From: a virus | Lineage: Duplodnaviria; Caudoviricetes | Virus record (IMG/VR): IMGVR_UViG_2840949845_000002 | Span: 22,434-86,433 of that record | Strand: one strand, 5' to 3' | DNA length: 64,000 nt | Shown here: positions 25,564 through 35,163 of the stretch, piece by piece | Layout: the number at the start of each line of letters is the position of its first letter | How positions within the stretch are numbered: the stretch's first letter is position 1 | Made by a program: the position numbers and the translations under genes | Notes under the pieces: model-generated | Seen by the model: only the letters and a program-made list of their open reading frames with translations | Database searches by the model: none | Told to the model about the DNA's origin: nothing

Positions 25564-26112
25564 TCAAGCCCGGCGTTTGCTCGATGCGGGATCGGCGGCG
25601 GCGGCGCGGAGTTCCTGGCGAAGGGCGGCGGTGACTTCGCCGACCTCGGTCAAGCGGTCGTCGGGATCGGTCACTGTGGCGACGATCCGATCATGCTCCT
25701 TCGCCGCCCGCTCCGTTGCTTGATGGATGGCTATCGAGACGCCCATCTCCTTGTAGATCAACAAAATCTTCTCGGTTAGCCGCCCCATCAACCGGGCGTC
25801 AGTTGCGGGCGCAAACGTCTCGGCTGTGGCGGTCGGCGCAGTTGACGCAGCAGCGGCGTCGCCGGGCCGCATCGAGCCGTTTCCGGTCGCCAACCAGTCG
25901 AGTGAGATGCCGCAGACCTGAGCGGCAGCGACTATTCCGGACCAGCCAGGGTCGGACGCACCAGACAGCCACTTTTTTACACCAGACAGGGAGGCACCCG
26001 TCGCCTTCGCCAACTCCTCCTGCGTCAAACGCCCCTTCATAGCCAGTCGGAGGCGGTCGCCGAAAGCTTTCCGGTTCGAGCCAAGATCCGTAAAGCGATG
26101 ATCGTTATCCAT
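25564..26112 (-). CDS. Mu-like repressor (XRE HTH)
   Basis: LTQEELAKATGASLSGVKKWLSG.SDP...ISLDWLATG; divergent from ner. Confidence 0.85.
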   Translation of the reverse strand: MDNDHRFTDLGSNRKAFGDRLRLAMKGRLTQEELAKATGASLSGVKKWLSGASDPGWSGIVAAAQVCGISLDWLATGNGSMRPGDAAAASTAPTATAETFAPATDARLMGRLTEKILLIYKEMGVSIAIHQATERAAKEHDRIVATVTDPDDRLTEVGEVTAALRQELRAAAADPASSKRRA

Positions 26113-26200
26113 TGGTCACTTTACGGTTCTATAGAGACTTGATTTCACAGGGAAATTTACAAGGCGTGCCGTCTTCACGCCAAAAAGAACCGTAAAGTGA
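26088..26200. promoter_or_regulatory. Operator/enhancer repeats between c and ner
   Basis: tcactttacggttct 26116-26130 and its exact reverse complement 26186-26200; partial copy ccgtaaagcga 26088-26098. Confidence 0.7.
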
Positions 26201-26307
26201 TCTTTTGGCTTGCCATGGTTCCTTATAGTGCCCATAATTTCCCCGTTAGTCCAAAACGCACCACGAAATGACCGGCCTGGCGGGGCCGGTTTGACAGGGG
26301 GAGAGGC

Positions 26308-26604
26308 ATGGCGCGCACCGCCGACATGGTTCCGGCTGAAATCCGGTTCCGACTGAACAGCAAGGGCCTGACCTTCGCCGACGTCGATCGGGCCTATGGC
26401 CTGAAGGACGGCACGGCGCGCAAGGCGGCACGGCAACCGCACATCGATGGCGAACTCGCCATCGCGGAGATGCTGTCGTGCTCGCCGCGCGAGCTTTGGC
26501 CCTCGCGGTTCGGCGTCGGCGGCAAACGCCTGAAGCCTCAACCCGTGAAAAACTATACGGACCCGCCGCGCCTTTCGCACCGTCAAAAGCAGAGAGCCGC
26601 GTGA
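26308..26604 (+). CDS. ner: Ner/Nlp family DNA-binding protein
   Basis: AEIRFRLNSKGLTF...GELAIAEMLSCSPRELWPSRF. Confidence 0.85.
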   Translation: MARTADMVPAEIRFRLNSKGLTFADVDRAYGLKDGTARKAARQPHIDGELAIAEMLSCSPRELWPSRFGVGGKRLKPQPVKNYTDPPRLSHRQKQRAA

Positions 26605-26606
26605 AC

Positions 26607-27449
26607 ATGAAAACCTCTGGCATGAAATCCCTCGGGTTGCAGGACATCCCGATTTCCGACATCGACATCAGCTTCCGGCTGCGCCCCGTCGATGACGGCT
26701 ACGCCACGCTGTTGGCGGAGAACATCCAGGAGGCCGGGCGCCTGCGGCAGCCGGTCGAGGTGCGGACGGTGAAGGGCGGCGGGTTCCGCCTGATCGCTGG
26801 CGCCCATCGGTTGGCCGCCTGCACCAAGCTGGATTGGCCCACCATCCCCGCCTTCGTGTTCGAGGCGACCGAGGACGAAGCCCGGTTGGCCGAAATCGAC
26901 GAGAACCTTGTCCGGCATGAGTTGAACCCGCTGGACCGCGCGACCTTCCTGTTCGAGCGCAAGAGCATCTACGAGCGGCTGAACCCGGAGACGAAGAACG
27001 GCGCGCAAGGCGGCGTCGGCGGCAAGCGGAATGAGAACGAAACGATTTCGTTCTCAAAGGACACCGCCGCGCGCATCGGCCTGACCGACCGCACCATCCA
27101 GTTGGCGGTGAAGATCGCCACCGGCCTTGCCCCAGACGTCAAGGTGTCGGTCGCCGGAACCGCCATCGCCAAGACGCAGGCCGAACTGCTGGCGCTCGCC
27201 AAGCTGGGGCCAGCCGAACAGCGGGCGGTGTTGGGGATGTTGCTGGGGGACGAACCCAAGGCGAAGTCGGTGCGCGAGGCCATGGCGGCGCTGACGAACC
27301 GTCCGGCCAAGGTGGCGGACGGCTACGCCAAGTTGTTGACCGCGTGGCGCCACGCCGGGACGGGCGAGCGGCGGGCGTTCGTGGAGTTCCTGCGGAAGGA
27401 CGGCGCGCTGGATCAGTTCGACGCCGATGATTCGGAGGTCGCAGCATGA
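26607..27449 (+). CDS. ParB-like N-terminal domain protein
   Basis: RLRPVD...GRLRQPVEVR...LIAGAHRLAA...EIDENLVRHEL, followed by an HTH. Confidence 0.8.
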   Translation: MKTSGMKSLGLQDIPISDIDISFRLRPVDDGYATLLAENIQEAGRLRQPVEVRTVKGGGFRLIAGAHRLAACTKLDWPTIPAFVFEATEDEARLAEIDENLVRHELNPLDRATFLFERKSIYERLNPETKNGAQGGVGGKRNENETISFSKDTAARIGLTDRTIQLAVKIATGLAPDVKVSVAGTAIAKTQAELLALAKLGPAEQRAVLGMLLGDEPKAKSVREAMAALTNRPAKVADGYAKLLTAWRHAGTGERRAFVEFLRKDGALDQFDADDSEVAA

Positions 27450-27488
27450 GGTTCGCCTCCCTCATCAACGACAGGCATACCGAAGCCT

Positions 27489-27956
27489 TCACTGAGGCCA
27501 GATCGGCCCCGGATGGGTGGCTTCAGGAAGCTCGATCTGTCCTGGATCGCGCGGCTTCCACGGGAGCTTCATTTCAAGCCACCACTCCAGCACTGCGGCG
27601 GCTGTGCGGTCGCCTTCAGGCAGTTCTTGAGGAATGATCCAGATGGATTTCTCGCTGGCCGTCGCATTCGCGGTGCATACCGTCACCATCTGTAAGTGCC
27701 GCTCAAGCAACACTCGCCACGCTCCACTGCTGATGCTGTCCCACGTCGATGGCACCGGAGATCTGGAAAAGGCAATGACCGCCTCATCCGCCTCTGCTTC
27801 AAAGCGCGCGTGGTACCGAAGAGCCCTTATTCTTATCAGCTTAGGCCGGAAAACGTCGTTCATTGGCCACAAGGCTCCCAACAGATCCCATGCTGTCAAT
27901 GCCATGGGGATCCATGAGTTTTCAGGCAAACCAGTCCTCTCTTCCAGAAACACCAT
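27489..27956 (-). CDS. Hypothetical protein antisense to the early operon (moron)
   Basis: 155 aa Trp-rich ORF in an AT-richer gap of the + strand operon. Confidence 0.55.
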   Translation of the reverse strand: MVFLEERTGLPENSWIPMALTAWDLLGALWPMNDVFRPKLIRIRALRYHARFEAEADEAVIAFSRSPVPSTWDSISSGAWRVLLERHLQMVTVCTANATASEKSIWIIPQELPEGDRTAAAVLEWWLEMKLPWKPRDPGQIELPEATHPGPIWPQ

Positions 27957-28088
27957 TAAAGCCGAAAAGCCCTTTTTCACCCGATCCCCCATCGGTTGTG
28001 TTGCAGCTCCGATGGTAGGGGAGGATCGACCGACCGTCACTCGCCCCACGGGTGCGGTCGGTCGATTTTCAGCGACCTGGGGCGCGTG

Positions 28089-28544
28089 ATGGCGCCCCGG
28101 CAGCGCGACAACGGCACGCTCGACCTTCTCTCCTGGCAGCCGCCGGAGCCGGTGCGGGCGTTTCCCGCCGAGAAGGTGCGGGCGGCGTCCTTGCGCGCCG
28201 CCTTCGCCAAGGCGATCTCGCTCGCCTTGAAGGAGTGCGAGCAGGACCGCGAGGAGATCGCCGTCGCCATCGGCGAGTATTTGGGCGAGCCGTGCTCGAA
28301 AGCCATGCTGGACGCCTACGCCAGCGAGGCGCGGGAGGAGCACGTCATCAACGTCGTGCGCTTTATCGCCCTGATGCACGCCACCGGCGACCGGCGGCTT
28401 TTGCAGATGCTGGCCGAACCGTTCGGGTTGGCGGTGATCGACGCCCGTTATCTGCCCGCCATCGAAGACGCCTTGCTCGACGACAAAATCGCCGAATTGA
28501 CCCAGCGCCGCCAGTTTGCGCGGCGCAAGTGGAAGGGAGCTTGA
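28089..28544 (+). CDS. Conserved Mu-like early protein upstream of the transposase
   Basis: MLDAYASEAREEH.I...RFIALMHATGD..LL..LAEPFG motif. Confidence 0.7.
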   Translation: MAPRQRDNGTLDLLSWQPPEPVRAFPAEKVRAASLRAAFAKAISLALKECEQDREEIAVAIGEYLGEPCSKAMLDAYASEAREEHVINVVRFIALMHATGDRRLLQMLAEPFGLAVIDARYLPAIEDALLDDKIAELTQRRQFARRKWKGA

Positions 28545-28547
28545 GCT

Positions 28548-30623
28548 ATGAAGGAATGGCGCTCCGCTGCTGAATGGGCCGACTTGAAGTTGCCCGCTAT
28601 GCCGACGAGCAAAGCGGGAGTCATTCTTCGGGCCACGACTGGAAAATGGAGGTCTCGCCCCCGCGAAGAGCAAGGCGGCGGCCTGGAATACCACATGTCG
28701 TCCCTGCCCACGGCGGCGCAGGTCAAGCTGACGCTCCTGGAGAAGAAGTCCCGGCAATCCGCTGAGACCGCCGCGCCCCCCGCGAACCGGACCGAGCTGT
28801 GGCGCTGGTACGATGGCCTGCCCGACGCCAAGAAGGCCAAGGCCCGCATGCGTGCGGAAATCCTGGACGCCATCGTCGCCCTGCACCGCAACGGCGTCAC
28901 CAAGGACGTCGCCGTCATGACGGTGGCGCAGCATCACAATGTCGGTCCCAGCACGATCTACAACTGGCTGAAGCTGGTCGCCGGGCATGACCGCGCCGAT
29001 TGGCTGCCCTGCCTCGCCCCGCACCATGCCGGTCGGACGGCGACGGTCGAGTGCGATCCCGCCGCGTGGGACATGCTGAAATCCGACTATCTGCGCGCCG
29101 CCGCCCCGCCGTTCAGCGACTGCTACGAACGGATGGTCCGCGCGGCGAAGGAGCAGGGGTGGAGCGTCCCGTCCGAGCGGACCCTGTTGCGCCGCCTTAC
29201 GGCCACGGTGCATCCGGCGGTGATCGTGATGGCGCGCGAGGGGGCGGAAAAGGTCAAGCAGATGTTCCCGGCCCAGGAGCGCGACCGTTCGCACTTCACG
29301 GCGCTGGAGGCGATCAACGGCGACGGCCACCGCTGGGATCTTTGGGTCGAATGGCCGGACGGCACGGTGGCCCGCCCCAACATGGTGGCGTTTCAGGATC
29401 TCTATTCCGGCATGATCCTGGCGTGGCGGGTCGATCAGACGGCGAACAGTTGGTCGGTGCGGCTGGCGATTGGCGACTTGATCGAAGACTACGGCATTCC
29501 GAAAAAGTGCTGGCTCGACAATGGTCGCGACTTTGCCAGCAAGTGGCTGACCGGCGGCATTCCGAACCGCTACCGCTTCAAGGTGAGGGAGGAGGAGCCG
29601 GTCGGCATCCTGACGCAGCTCGGCGTCGAAATCCATTGGACCACCCCCTATTCGGGACAGTCCAAACCAATTGAACGCGCCTTCCGGGACTTCGCCAGCG
29701 ACATCTCCCGCCATCCGGCGTTCGAGGGCGCCTACACCGGCAACAGCCCGGTCAACAAGCCGGAGAATTACCGAAGCCGCGCCATCAAGTTGGAAGATTT
29801 CCTGAAGGTTCTGGCCTCGGAAATCAACCAGCACAACGACCGGATCGGGCGCATCGCTCGAAATTGTCGTGGCCGTTCCTTCCGCGACACCTTCCTCGAC
29901 AGCCACAAGGACGCCGTCGTCACCCGCGCGACCGAGGAACAGCGTCGGCTGTGGTTGCTGGCCGCCGAGGGCGTCACCGTCAGCAACCGCGACGGGGCGC
30001 TCAAGCTGTTCGGCAACCGCTATTGGGCGGATTTCCTGCATCTGCACATGGGCGAAACGGTCGCCGCGCGCTTCGATCCGGAGTTCCTGCACGACGGCGT
30101 GCATGTCTACCGGCTGGACGGCGTCTATCTTGGCCATGCGCCGGTGCTTGAGGCCGCCGGTTTCGACAGCGCCGACGCCGCCCGCGAACACGCCCGTCAG
30201 CGCCGCCGCTGGCTGAACGCCAACAAGGCGATGCTCGACGCCGAACGCCGCATGTCGGCGGCGCAGGTGGCGTCTCTGGTGCCGCTCAATCTTGGCCCCG
30301 CCGCCCCGCCGGAGGCCAAGGTGGTGCAGTTGCCGCGCCCGGTGCTGGATCTGAAGCAGACCCCAAAGCCCGATCTGACCGTCGTGCAAGAGGAACGCCG
30401 CGAAGCGCTCGTCACTGAGTTCCGTCGGCCCGACGCAACGCCCGCGAAGGATGAAAAGACCCTGCGCTTGGAAAAGGCCGCCCGGATCGAGGCGGCGATC
30501 ACCGCCGGGACGGCGGTCGAAGCCGAGGCGGCGTGGTTCACCCGCTACAGCCGCCAGCCGGAATGGAAGGCGTTCAAGCGGCTGGCCGAGGACTTCTCGA
30601 CCGACGCACAAGCGACCGCCTGA
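28548..30623 (+). CDS. MuA-type DDE transposase
   Basis: N-terminal Mu DNA-binding domain (GGGLEYHMSSLP); DDE motifs NGDGH, LDNGRDF, KPIERAF. Confidence 0.95.
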   Translation: MKEWRSAAEWADLKLPAMPTSKAGVILRATTGKWRSRPREEQGGGLEYHMSSLPTAAQVKLTLLEKKSRQSAETAAPPANRTELWRWYDGLPDAKKAKARMRAEILDAIVALHRNGVTKDVAVMTVAQHHNVGPSTIYNWLKLVAGHDRADWLPCLAPHHAGRTATVECDPAAWDMLKSDYLRAAAPPFSDCYERMVRAAKEQGWSVPSERTLLRRLTATVHPAVIVMAREGAEKVKQMFPAQERDRSHFTALEAINGDGHRWDLWVEWPDGTVARPNMVAFQDLYSGMILAWRVDQTANSWSVRLAIGDLIEDYGIPKKCWLDNGRDFASKWLTGGIPNRYRFKVREEEPVGILTQLGVEIHWTTPYSGQSKPIERAFRDFASDISRHPAFEGAYTGNSPVNKPENYRSRAIKLEDFLKVLASEINQHNDRIGRIARNCRGRSFRDTFLDSHKDAVVTRATEEQRRLWLLAAEGVTVSNRDGALKLFGNRYWADFLHLHMGETVAARFDPEFLHDGVHVYRLDGVYLGHAPVLEAAGFDSADAAREHARQRRRWLNANKAMLDAERRMSAAQVASLVPLNLGPAAPPEAKVVQLPRPVLDLKQTPKPDLTVVQEERREALVTEFRRPDATPAKDEKTLRLEKAARIEAAITAGTAVEAEAAWFTRYSRQPEWKAFKRLAEDFSTDAQATA

Positions 30624-30695
30624 TCGGCCAGCAACGACGCGGCCCCGATCCTTTGCCGAGGACCGGGGCCGCAACCTGAAACACACACCAACAGG

Positions 30696-31478
30696 ATGGA
30701 CGATATGACCGTCGCCCCCTTCCCCGTCAAGTCCGACGCCACTGCCGCCGACGCGACGGAACAACCGCTCGTCACCGCGCCGCTCGCCAACGTGTCGCTA
30801 TTCGCCGAGTTGGCGGAGCGCGTCACAGGCCGCCATCGCGGCCTGCCCGGCATGGCCGTGTGGTACGGCCCCAGCGGCTACGGCAAGACCCGCGCCGCCA
30901 TCTACGGCGCCAACCGATTCCGCGCCACCTATGTCGAGGTTGGCGCGACCTGGACGCAGGCGAAGTTCTGCCGGGCGCTGCTGACCCAGCTCGGCCTGCC
31001 GCCGACCGGCACCGTCGCCGACATGGCGGAACGGATCATCGACGCCCTGCGCGGTTCCCGCCGTCCCGTAATCATCGACGAATTCGACCATGTCGTGACG
31101 CGCAAGTACGTTGATCTGGTGCGCGAGATCCACGACCAATCCGGCGCCGCCATCATCCTGATCGGCGAGGAGATGCTGCCGCACAAGCTGAAGCTGTTCG
31201 AGCGTTTCCACAATCGTGTGCTCGACTGGTGCCCGGCGCAGCCCTGCGATGGGCGCGATGCCGGCATCCTGGTCGGGGTGTTCGCGCCGGGCATCGCGGT
31301 GGCCGCCGATCTGCTGACCCGCATCGTCAAGGAAAGCGGGGGCCGACCACGCCGCATCGCGGTCAATCTGGACCGCGTGCGGGAGTATTGCGAACTGGAG
31401 GGGCTGGACGCCATCGACGTCGCCCGTTGGGGCAGCCGCCCGCTGTTCAGCGGCGAGCCTCCGGCGCGGAGGGCGTGA
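30696..31478 (+). CDS. MuB-type AAA+ ATPase
   Basis: GPSGYGKT, VIIDEFD, ILIGEE, RFHNRV; follows the transposase. Confidence 0.9.
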   Translation: MDDMTVAPFPVKSDATAADATEQPLVTAPLANVSLFAELAERVTGRHRGLPGMAVWYGPSGYGKTRAAIYGANRFRATYVEVGATWTQAKFCRALLTQLGLPPTGTVADMAERIIDALRGSRRPVIIDEFDHVVTRKYVDLVREIHDQSGAAIILIGEEMLPHKLKLFERFHNRVLDWCPAQPCDGRDAGILVGVFAPGIAVAADLLTRIVKESGGRPRRIAVNLDRVREYCELEGLDAIDVARWGSRPLFSGEPPARRA

Positions 31479-31479
31479 G

Positions 31480-32100
31480 ATGCCGCGCAAGCCCGTCCAC
31501 ATCACAGCGAAGATCGCGGTGCGCACACCTTGCGGAGAGCAGGGATGCTGGTCGGTCATCCGCGAATTGCGCCGCTTCGACCGCCCCTTGCTGGTCTCGC
31601 GCGTCCAGGCCCACCCGACCACGGTCGCCGACTATCTGCGGCGCCTGACGCTGGCTGGCTATGTGACCCGCTCCGACAACGCCGTCTACGAGTTGGTGAA
31701 TGACCAACCCGACGCGCCGCGTCTCCGGCGCGATGGGACACCGGCAGCCGAACCGGGCATTGGGCAGGAGCAGATGTGGCGCAGCATGAAGATGCTGGGG
31801 GAGTTCTCGCCCCGCGAACTCGCCGCAGCCGCCAGCACTGACGCGGCCCGCGTCACACCGACAACCGCCGCCAGCTACGTCAAGCATCTCTGGCGCGCCG
31901 GTTATCTGCTGTGTGTGGCCGAAGCCCGGTTCGGTGTCGGCAAGGCGGGAGCGCAGGCCCGCTATCGGCTGAAACCGTCGATGAACACCGGCCCGCTGGC
32001 GCCGCAGGTTCAGCGCACCGATTGGGTCTGGGACCCCAACACCCGCAAGGCTTTGGCGCCGGAGACGCGGGATCAGGGAGGGCTTCATGCTGAGCAGTGA
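31480..32100 (+). CDS. Mu-like early winged-HTH protein
   Basis: EQMWRSMKMLGEFS...SYVKHLWRAGYL...NTGPLAP. Confidence 0.7.
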   Translation: MPRKPVHITAKIAVRTPCGEQGCWSVIRELRRFDRPLLVSRVQAHPTTVADYLRRLTLAGYVTRSDNAVYELVNDQPDAPRLRRDGTPAAEPGIGQEQMWRSMKMLGEFSPRELAAAASTDAARVTPTTAASYVKHLWRAGYLLCVAEARFGVGKAGAQARYRLKPSMNTGPLAPQVQRTDWVWDPNTRKALAPETRDQGGLHAEQ

Positions 32101-32404
32101 TCTGAAATCCCTTCGTGGCGCATTGGAATGCTACGCCGAACGGCTCGGAGGGCGCCTCTCCTTCAACGCGGCCAGCACGGCGGACCTGTTCCGGACGCTC
32201 GACGGCCTGATCGTCCAGGCCGAGGGGATGGAGGGCACGCCCTCCCCGCCCGCCGTTCGCATCGCCGGAGGCGCCTTGCCGAGCGGCGTCGCCGATTTGG
32301 CCGCCCGCCGCGCAGCCATGCGTCAGGACCGGCCAATCAAGATGGCGGATCGTATCCCGTGCTGGCCGCAACCGACCGATCCGACCGGAGGGTCAGCCGC
32401 ATGA
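32087..32404 (+). CDS. Hypothetical protein (semi-essential region)
   Basis: GGAGG RBS; translationally coupled. Confidence 0.55.
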   Translation: MLSSDLKSLRGALECYAERLGGRLSFNAASTADLFRTLDGLIVQAEGMEGTPSPPAVRIAGGALPSGVADLAARRAAMRQDRPIKMADRIPCWPQPTDPTGGSAA

Positions 32405-32793
32405 GCGCCCGCGTCCTGCCACAGCCCGACGCGTTGGTGGAGATCGACATCCCCACCAACGGACAGGCCGCTGGACACGTCGTCACGCGTCGCGTGGTGA
32501 CGATCCGCAACCACTCCGACGGACGCTACACCTGCCTGTTGGCCGATCAGTCCACGGGCGATCTGTCCGCCGCCACCATCGCACCGGCGACGGATGGTCA
32601 TTGGCTGTGCGTTGAACCGCCGGTGTCGGTTGACGCGGCGATCCACGTCGCCCGGATGGTGGCGGGTGGCGTCACCAGCCACGCCAGCGTCACCAGCCAA
32701 ATGCGGCTGTTGGCCGACGCGGTGCTGTTCCTGACGGGGCATCACCGCCCCGCCGGGCCGCTGTCGCCAACCCGCATCGTCGGTGGCCCATGA
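32401..32793 (+). CDS. Hypothetical protein
   Basis: ATGA overlap, GGAGG RBS. Confidence 0.55.
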   Translation: MSARVLPQPDALVEIDIPTNGQAAGHVVTRRVVTIRNHSDGRYTCLLADQSTGDLSAATIAPATDGHWLCVEPPVSVDAAIHVARMVAGGVTSHASVTSQMRLLADAVLFLTGHHRPAGPLSPTRIVGGP

Positions 32794-32975
32794 GCGCCGA
32801 CACCATCCAGGCCGCCCTGTTCGGCGCGTTCGGGCTGTCGCCGCCCAGCCGCCCGCCGGACCCGGCGCCCGCCGACCGCTTCCCGACCTTCACCCGTCCG
32901 GCGGCCCCGCCGGTCGCGCTCAACCCTTTGCGTCTCGCCGTCGGCGGGACCGTCACCCACTCCCCCAAGAGGTAA
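32790..32975 (+). CDS. Hypothetical protein
   Basis: ATGA overlap. Confidence 0.4.
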   Translation: MSADTIQAALFGAFGLSPPSRPPDPAPADRFPTFTRPAAPPVALNPLRLAVGGTVTHSPKR

Positions 32976-32978
32976 GCC

Positions 32979-33791
32979 ATGCCCGATCAATCACCCGTTT
33001 TTCCGTTCCAGGCACCGCTCATCCCGCTGCCGTCGGGCGCGCCGACGCTGGCCAAGCACCTGCACGCGATGTTGAGCATCGTCCGCCGCCACGCCCCCCT
33101 TGCGGGCATGCTGTCCGAGCAGGAGATCGCCGCCACCGACGCCGCCTTTGCGGCGCTGGTCGGGTTGCCCGCCGCCAAGGCCAGCGTGGAGGTGTTGAAT
33201 AGCAAGGTGTACTGGCGCGACGAAGACGAGAATTTGACGCTGGAGAGCATGGTCAAGCCCCATCGCTTTTTGGAGGATGACTTCGTCCGCACCGTCGCCA
33301 CCGCCGCCCTGTCGACGTCCATGACCCTGGCGCGGCTCAAAGCGCTCTCGTTCGCCGAAGCGCAGGCGCTGATCGACACCCTGGCGTCGGCTCATGGCGT
33401 CAAAGCGGGCGGCAGGGCCGGAAACGTCTCCTTCGTCAGTTACGACCGAGCCTTCAAGGTCCAGATCGCCGTTCAGGAGCGTCTGGCCGTGAACGCCAAC
33501 ATCGTGACGGCCAAGACGGCGCTGAACGAATGGTTGGCCGCCGCCGACGCGGGGGACGAAGTCCGCGCCCTCATCAACGCGGCGTTCGGGTTGGGCGATC
33601 AGGACGGGGTCCGTGTCGCCGAGTTGGTGCGGCTCAAGCGTCTGGTCATCAACCATCCGCTGTGGAACGCGGCCATGGCCGCGATTGATGACGCGTTGGA
33701 GGTGGCGGGCAAGGCCCAATACCTGAGGGTCTACCAGCGCGCGCCGGACGGCAAATACGTCCAAATCCCGCTCGATCTGGCCAGCGTGTGA
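32979..33791 (+). CDS. DUF3164 family protein with N-terminal extension
   Basis: GGRAGNVSFVSYD..KVQIAVQE...W.AAMAAIDDAL...YLRVYQR...IPLDLA. Confidence 0.8.
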   Translation: MPDQSPVFPFQAPLIPLPSGAPTLAKHLHAMLSIVRRHAPLAGMLSEQEIAATDAAFAALVGLPAAKASVEVLNSKVYWRDEDENLTLESMVKPHRFLEDDFVRTVATAALSTSMTLARLKALSFAEAQALIDTLASAHGVKAGGRAGNVSFVSYDRAFKVQIAVQERLAVNANIVTAKTALNEWLAAADAGDEVRALINAAFGLGDQDGVRVAELVRLKRLVINHPLWNAAMAAIDDALEVAGKAQYLRVYQRAPDGKYVQIPLDLASV

Positions 33792-33799
33792 GGTGCGCC

Positions 33800-34381
33800 A
33801 TGGATCACACCGAAGCCGTAACTGACGGCCTGACGATCCAGGTCGAGCTGGTTCAGTACCCCGAGGCGCTGAACGGCCCTGCGGGTCACGCGCTCGCCGC
33901 TCGCCTGTCGGAAGTGGCAAGCGCCGCGCTTTCCATCCGAGCGCCGGTCGCCGCTGCGGCCTTCACTTTGCTGGCCGACGCCGAACAGGAGGTCGATGAC
34001 CTGCGGTCGCTGCTTTTCACTCAGCCGCCCAGTCCGGCGGCTCGCCGGTACGCGATCCGGCTGGCGGCTGCGGCCATCGCCCTGGTCGCCGCGCTCGACG
34101 CCAGCGAGGCCGAACGGAGCGCCTCGCCGTCGCTGGAAAGCGAGGTGACGCGTTGGTTGCGCCAGACCATTGGTGAACTGGTGGGCCGAACCGCAGCGGC
34201 AGCCATCCTTGCAGTCACGCCCCGGATGCTCGTCAGCGCCGTCCTGGTCGCCCCACAAATGGACGCCTTGGAAACCGGCATCCGGCTGCGCTGGGGCGTG
34301 TCTCTGGTCATCGCCAGCAACAACAGCGTCGCCGACGTGGCCAAGGCCATTGTCGCCGCCCAAAAGAGGAGCGCCGTCTGA
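33800..34381 (+). CDS. Hypothetical protein
   Basis: GAGG RBS, Ala-rich, coupled. Confidence 0.55.
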   Translation: MDHTEAVTDGLTIQVELVQYPEALNGPAGHALAARLSEVASAALSIRAPVAAAAFTLLADAEQEVDDLRSLLFTQPPSPAARRYAIRLAAAAIALVAALDASEAERSASPSLESEVTRWLRQTIGELVGRTAAAAILAVTPRMLVSAVLVAPQMDALETGIRLRWGVSLVIASNNSVADVAKAIVAAQKRSAV

Positions 34382-34770
34382 TGGCGAAGCCCAAACCTTC
34401 CATCGTCGTCGAGATCCAGCAATCCACAGGACTTCGGCTGAGTGACGCCGCTTGGGCGGCGCTGGAAAAGCTGCTGGCCGACGTCGGCGTCATTCTGGCA
34501 TCCGAATACCACAACATCGACCGCGCGGGGCTGGCCCGGCGCACCGAAACCGCACAGGAAGGGCTGTTCCGCGCGTTCAATCGGTCGCTGGACACCGCTC
34601 ATCAAATCCAGTCGGCCCGTTCGGAGTTCATCGCCGGTGCGGCCTGCATGTTGGCGCAGGCCGCTTCGATTGATGCCACCGCTCGTGAGGCTGTGGCGGC
34701 GGGGAAGCCCGCACCGAACTCAACCTCTGCTGACGCAAGGTTCGGTCAGCCCCCGGAGGGGTCCGCATGA
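34381..34770 (+). CDS. Hypothetical protein
   Basis: TGATG coupling. Confidence 0.55.
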   Translation: MAKPKPSIVVEIQQSTGLRLSDAAWAALEKLLADVGVILASEYHNIDRAGLARRTETAQEGLFRAFNRSLDTAHQIQSARSEFIAGAACMLAQAASIDATAREAVAAGKPAPNSTSADARFGQPPEGSA

Positions 34771-34929
34771 GCAACCCTCATCCCGACATCCCGGCTTTGC
34801 TTGCCGAGGCCGACGAACTGCCCGACCCGCAAAAGTCGCTGCTGTCCCACAACGAACGAGTGCTGATCGAATTCTGTCAGCGGTTGGCGGCGGCCCTGCG
34901 GGCTTGCGCGGAAAAGGAGGTCTGACGCC

Positions 34930-35163
34930 ATGACCCTGTACCCCATTCATGCCCAGATCGCCGCCGTGGAGGCGGCGGCCAAGGCCGATCCGACCAACCG
35001 CGCGTTGGCGCAGGCTGCTTTGACCTTGGGCGCGGTGTCCGTCGCTTGCGGCGGCCCTATCAAGGACGTCGATCAATGCCCGTGCTGCGGCTCTGTTTGG
35101 GAGGTCGATGCGTGGCCGGTCGATGACCGTCTCACCCGTGCCATGGAAGGGCTGATGCCATGA
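34930..35163 (+). CDS. Small Cys-containing hypothetical protein
   Basis: AGGAGG RBS; CPCCG motif. Confidence 0.5.
   Translation: MTLYPIHAQIAAVEAAAKADPTNRALAQAALTLGAVSVACGGPIKDVDQCPCCGSVWEVDAWPVDDRLTRAMEGLMP

Noticed and set aside
27957-30764. 1091 aa - strand ORF (27489-30764)
   Set aside because: Mostly the antisense shadow of the MuA gene in high-GC DNA; only the last 155 codons look like a real gene
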